Shown: in pieces, positions 62,401 through 64,000 of the stretch
How the letters are laid out: each line of letters begins with the position of its first letter
How positions within the stretch are numbered: position 1 is the first letter of the stretch
DNA from: Amphiscolops sp. MND2022
Taxonomy: Eukaryota
DNA: 64,000 nt
Reading direction: 5' to 3'
Assembly: GCA_964187785.1 (NCBI GenBank)
Contig: OZ076414.1
Span: 51,274,001-51,338,000, forward strand
Made by a program: the position numbers and the translations under genes
The notes under the pieces: generated by a model
The model's input: only the letters and a program-made list of their open reading frames with translations
Database searches by the model: none
Told to the model about the DNA's origin: nothing

Positions 62401-62770
62401 AGGGCAGCCCTTCCTTTTATATAGTGGTAAAGGCCGAAAAAGTTAAGCTTCATAGGATTAATACCCGCAATTCTTTTCAATTTCATTGTATTTTGAGCAT
62501 TCTCGTGCCGTATATAACCTTAGCTATTCGTCATAGCTAATAACTTGGTAATATGGTTCAAATGCACATGATGATAGTCAATTATGGCTGCGGGACCTGT
62601 CGCTCGAAGCCGTGCGCAAATTCCTTTGCGCCTATGTTTTTTTTGGGTTCTCCGTGTGCGCTGACTTTAGTATATTGGTCAAAATGTTTTGTTGTTTTCT
62701 GCACTGCGGTCTGATTCTTCACGGCAGCCATCTTTCTGGCTCCCAGGGTCTCCCACCTTTCTGCGGGTAG

Positions 62771-63173
62771 TGTCAAATCCATCATGATATATAAAAGAAA
62801 ATTTCGTTTATAAGGACATGCCAAACGAAGTTGTGGAACAATAAGAAAGGCCAGCCAATGAAAGAAGGTCAACAGTAAGAGACAAAAGAAATCTCAAGTG
62901 ACTCTCAAGATAACAATATAGCCATTCCAAACTTTTCGCCTTTCATAATAAATCGCTCTAATATTGTAAAGTTTTATAACTAGATTGCTGTCTTGAATAA
63001 TTATTCTCCTCTTATACCACTCCAGAAATAATGAAGTATTTAGAGCGTTCAGACTTTCAATTTCAACCAAAGTTGAACCCAAAGAACACATCAAAGAAGA
63101 AACTAAAGCTACTGAGATAAATCTGAATATAAAATGTAATAAGTCTTTCCGCTCTTAGGCCCCGGTCATTACA
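62771..63173. repeat. Solo-LTR-like repeat, copy b
   Basis: Shares ...AATAAGTCTTTCCGCTCTTAGGCC..GTCATTACA end with copy a and has a ~50-bp insertion. Confidence 0.55.
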
Positions 63174-63389
63174 TTCCATATGTCTCGTTTAGCCAGGGTG
63201 ACCACTTCGATCAACTCAAATTTCTGACCTACCAAAAATCTACAATTTCTGATCTGAAAAAGAACAATATGAATTCAAAAATTATCGTCCCGCATCGTCC
63301 CATCATTCTGAATGAAAACATATATGGATGAAAAATGAAATTCAACTGAACATAGAAGAAATTATTTCATCAGATACATTGTCTCGTCG

Positions 63390-63845
63390 GGCAATTACAC
63401 CACTTTTCATCGCTTCAAGTTCTTGTTTGCGTTTTTTAGCTTGAACAAATGCAATCTCTGCTTCGGTGAGTTCTTTTCCTGCTTCTTGGAGCTCTCTGTC
63501 CAACGCTTTATCTGCTTTCCGCTTAAAAACCAGAACTTCGACATGTTTTTTATTATCACTTTTTTCGACTTATTGAAGACTGCTCTGTTCATCTTCGTAC
63601 ATTTTTGATGCTGATTTGGCCAATTTTAGAAGTGATTCCGTCGGCTTGAAATCTTCGAAAGCATCCCGGGAAAAATTATCCGCCACAAGTCGAAAGCTGT
63701 TGTACATATCAACACTGAAGTTAGCTTGATAATTATCTTGGCTAGACCGTAGAGAATGCCCGTCTATAACAAGTTTGAGGCAATGAAGTAAAACAACTTT
63801 GAGTTTTCCTTCTTCCACAGAGGTACCTGCCTGCATTTGGGCCAC
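63390..63845 (-). pseudogene. Coding-like remnant, possibly a DNA-transposase C-terminal region
   Basis: ORF 63570-63845 continues past one stop into a coiled-coil-like KRKADKALDRELQEAGKELTEAE; only weak resemblance to transposase C-termini. Confidence 0.3.
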
Positions 63846-64000
63846 AATATTTGAACCAGCTACAGAAGTTACCGCTTTCAGATGAATACTGCAAGCTTCG
63901 TGACGCTTCAGTGCTTGACTGCCACATTTTAAGTCAATTAATTTTCCAGGGCAATACTTGCATTTGGCCTTATGTGCATTTTCAGGAACGGGTAATACCC

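Noticed and set aside
59712-63173. The two LTR-like repeats as ends of one intact LTR element
   Set aside because: No TSD (TTTGA versus TTCCA), no PBS or PPT in either orientation, the copies are strongly diverged, and no gag/pol lies between them.

Overview
AT-rich eukaryotic (animal-like) genomic DNA with spliceosomal introns and dense repeats; nothing bacterial and no CRISPR array. Two apparently intact host genes lie on the minus strand. One is a six-exon DDX43/HAGE-family DEAD-box helicase (26099-35254, about 1206 aa in my hand-built model) with three KH domains in an FG-rich N-terminus; its third intron appears to need a non-canonical GG donor. The other is a two-exon TMEM41B (35749-37134). 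A decayed Ty3/Gypsy LTR retrotransposon (6999-12030, AAGTT target-site duplication) has its 3' tail, 3' LTR and host flank amplified into three tandem ~1.7 kb copies. From 42714 to 57741 there is a three-part patchwork. First is a degraded Polinton/Maverick-like (adintovirus-like) endogenous virus fragment with penton-like, adenain protease and A32 packaging ATPase remnants. It is fused to a 1.85 kb copy of one DDX43 exon with its introns. That copy is followed 19 bp later by a four-copy ~2.68 kb tandem array of a very divergent ribosomal protein uS5/RPS2 paralog that has lost its rRNA-contacting basic loops. All translations, splice models and coordinates were read by hand; family names come from motif recognition, not database searches.
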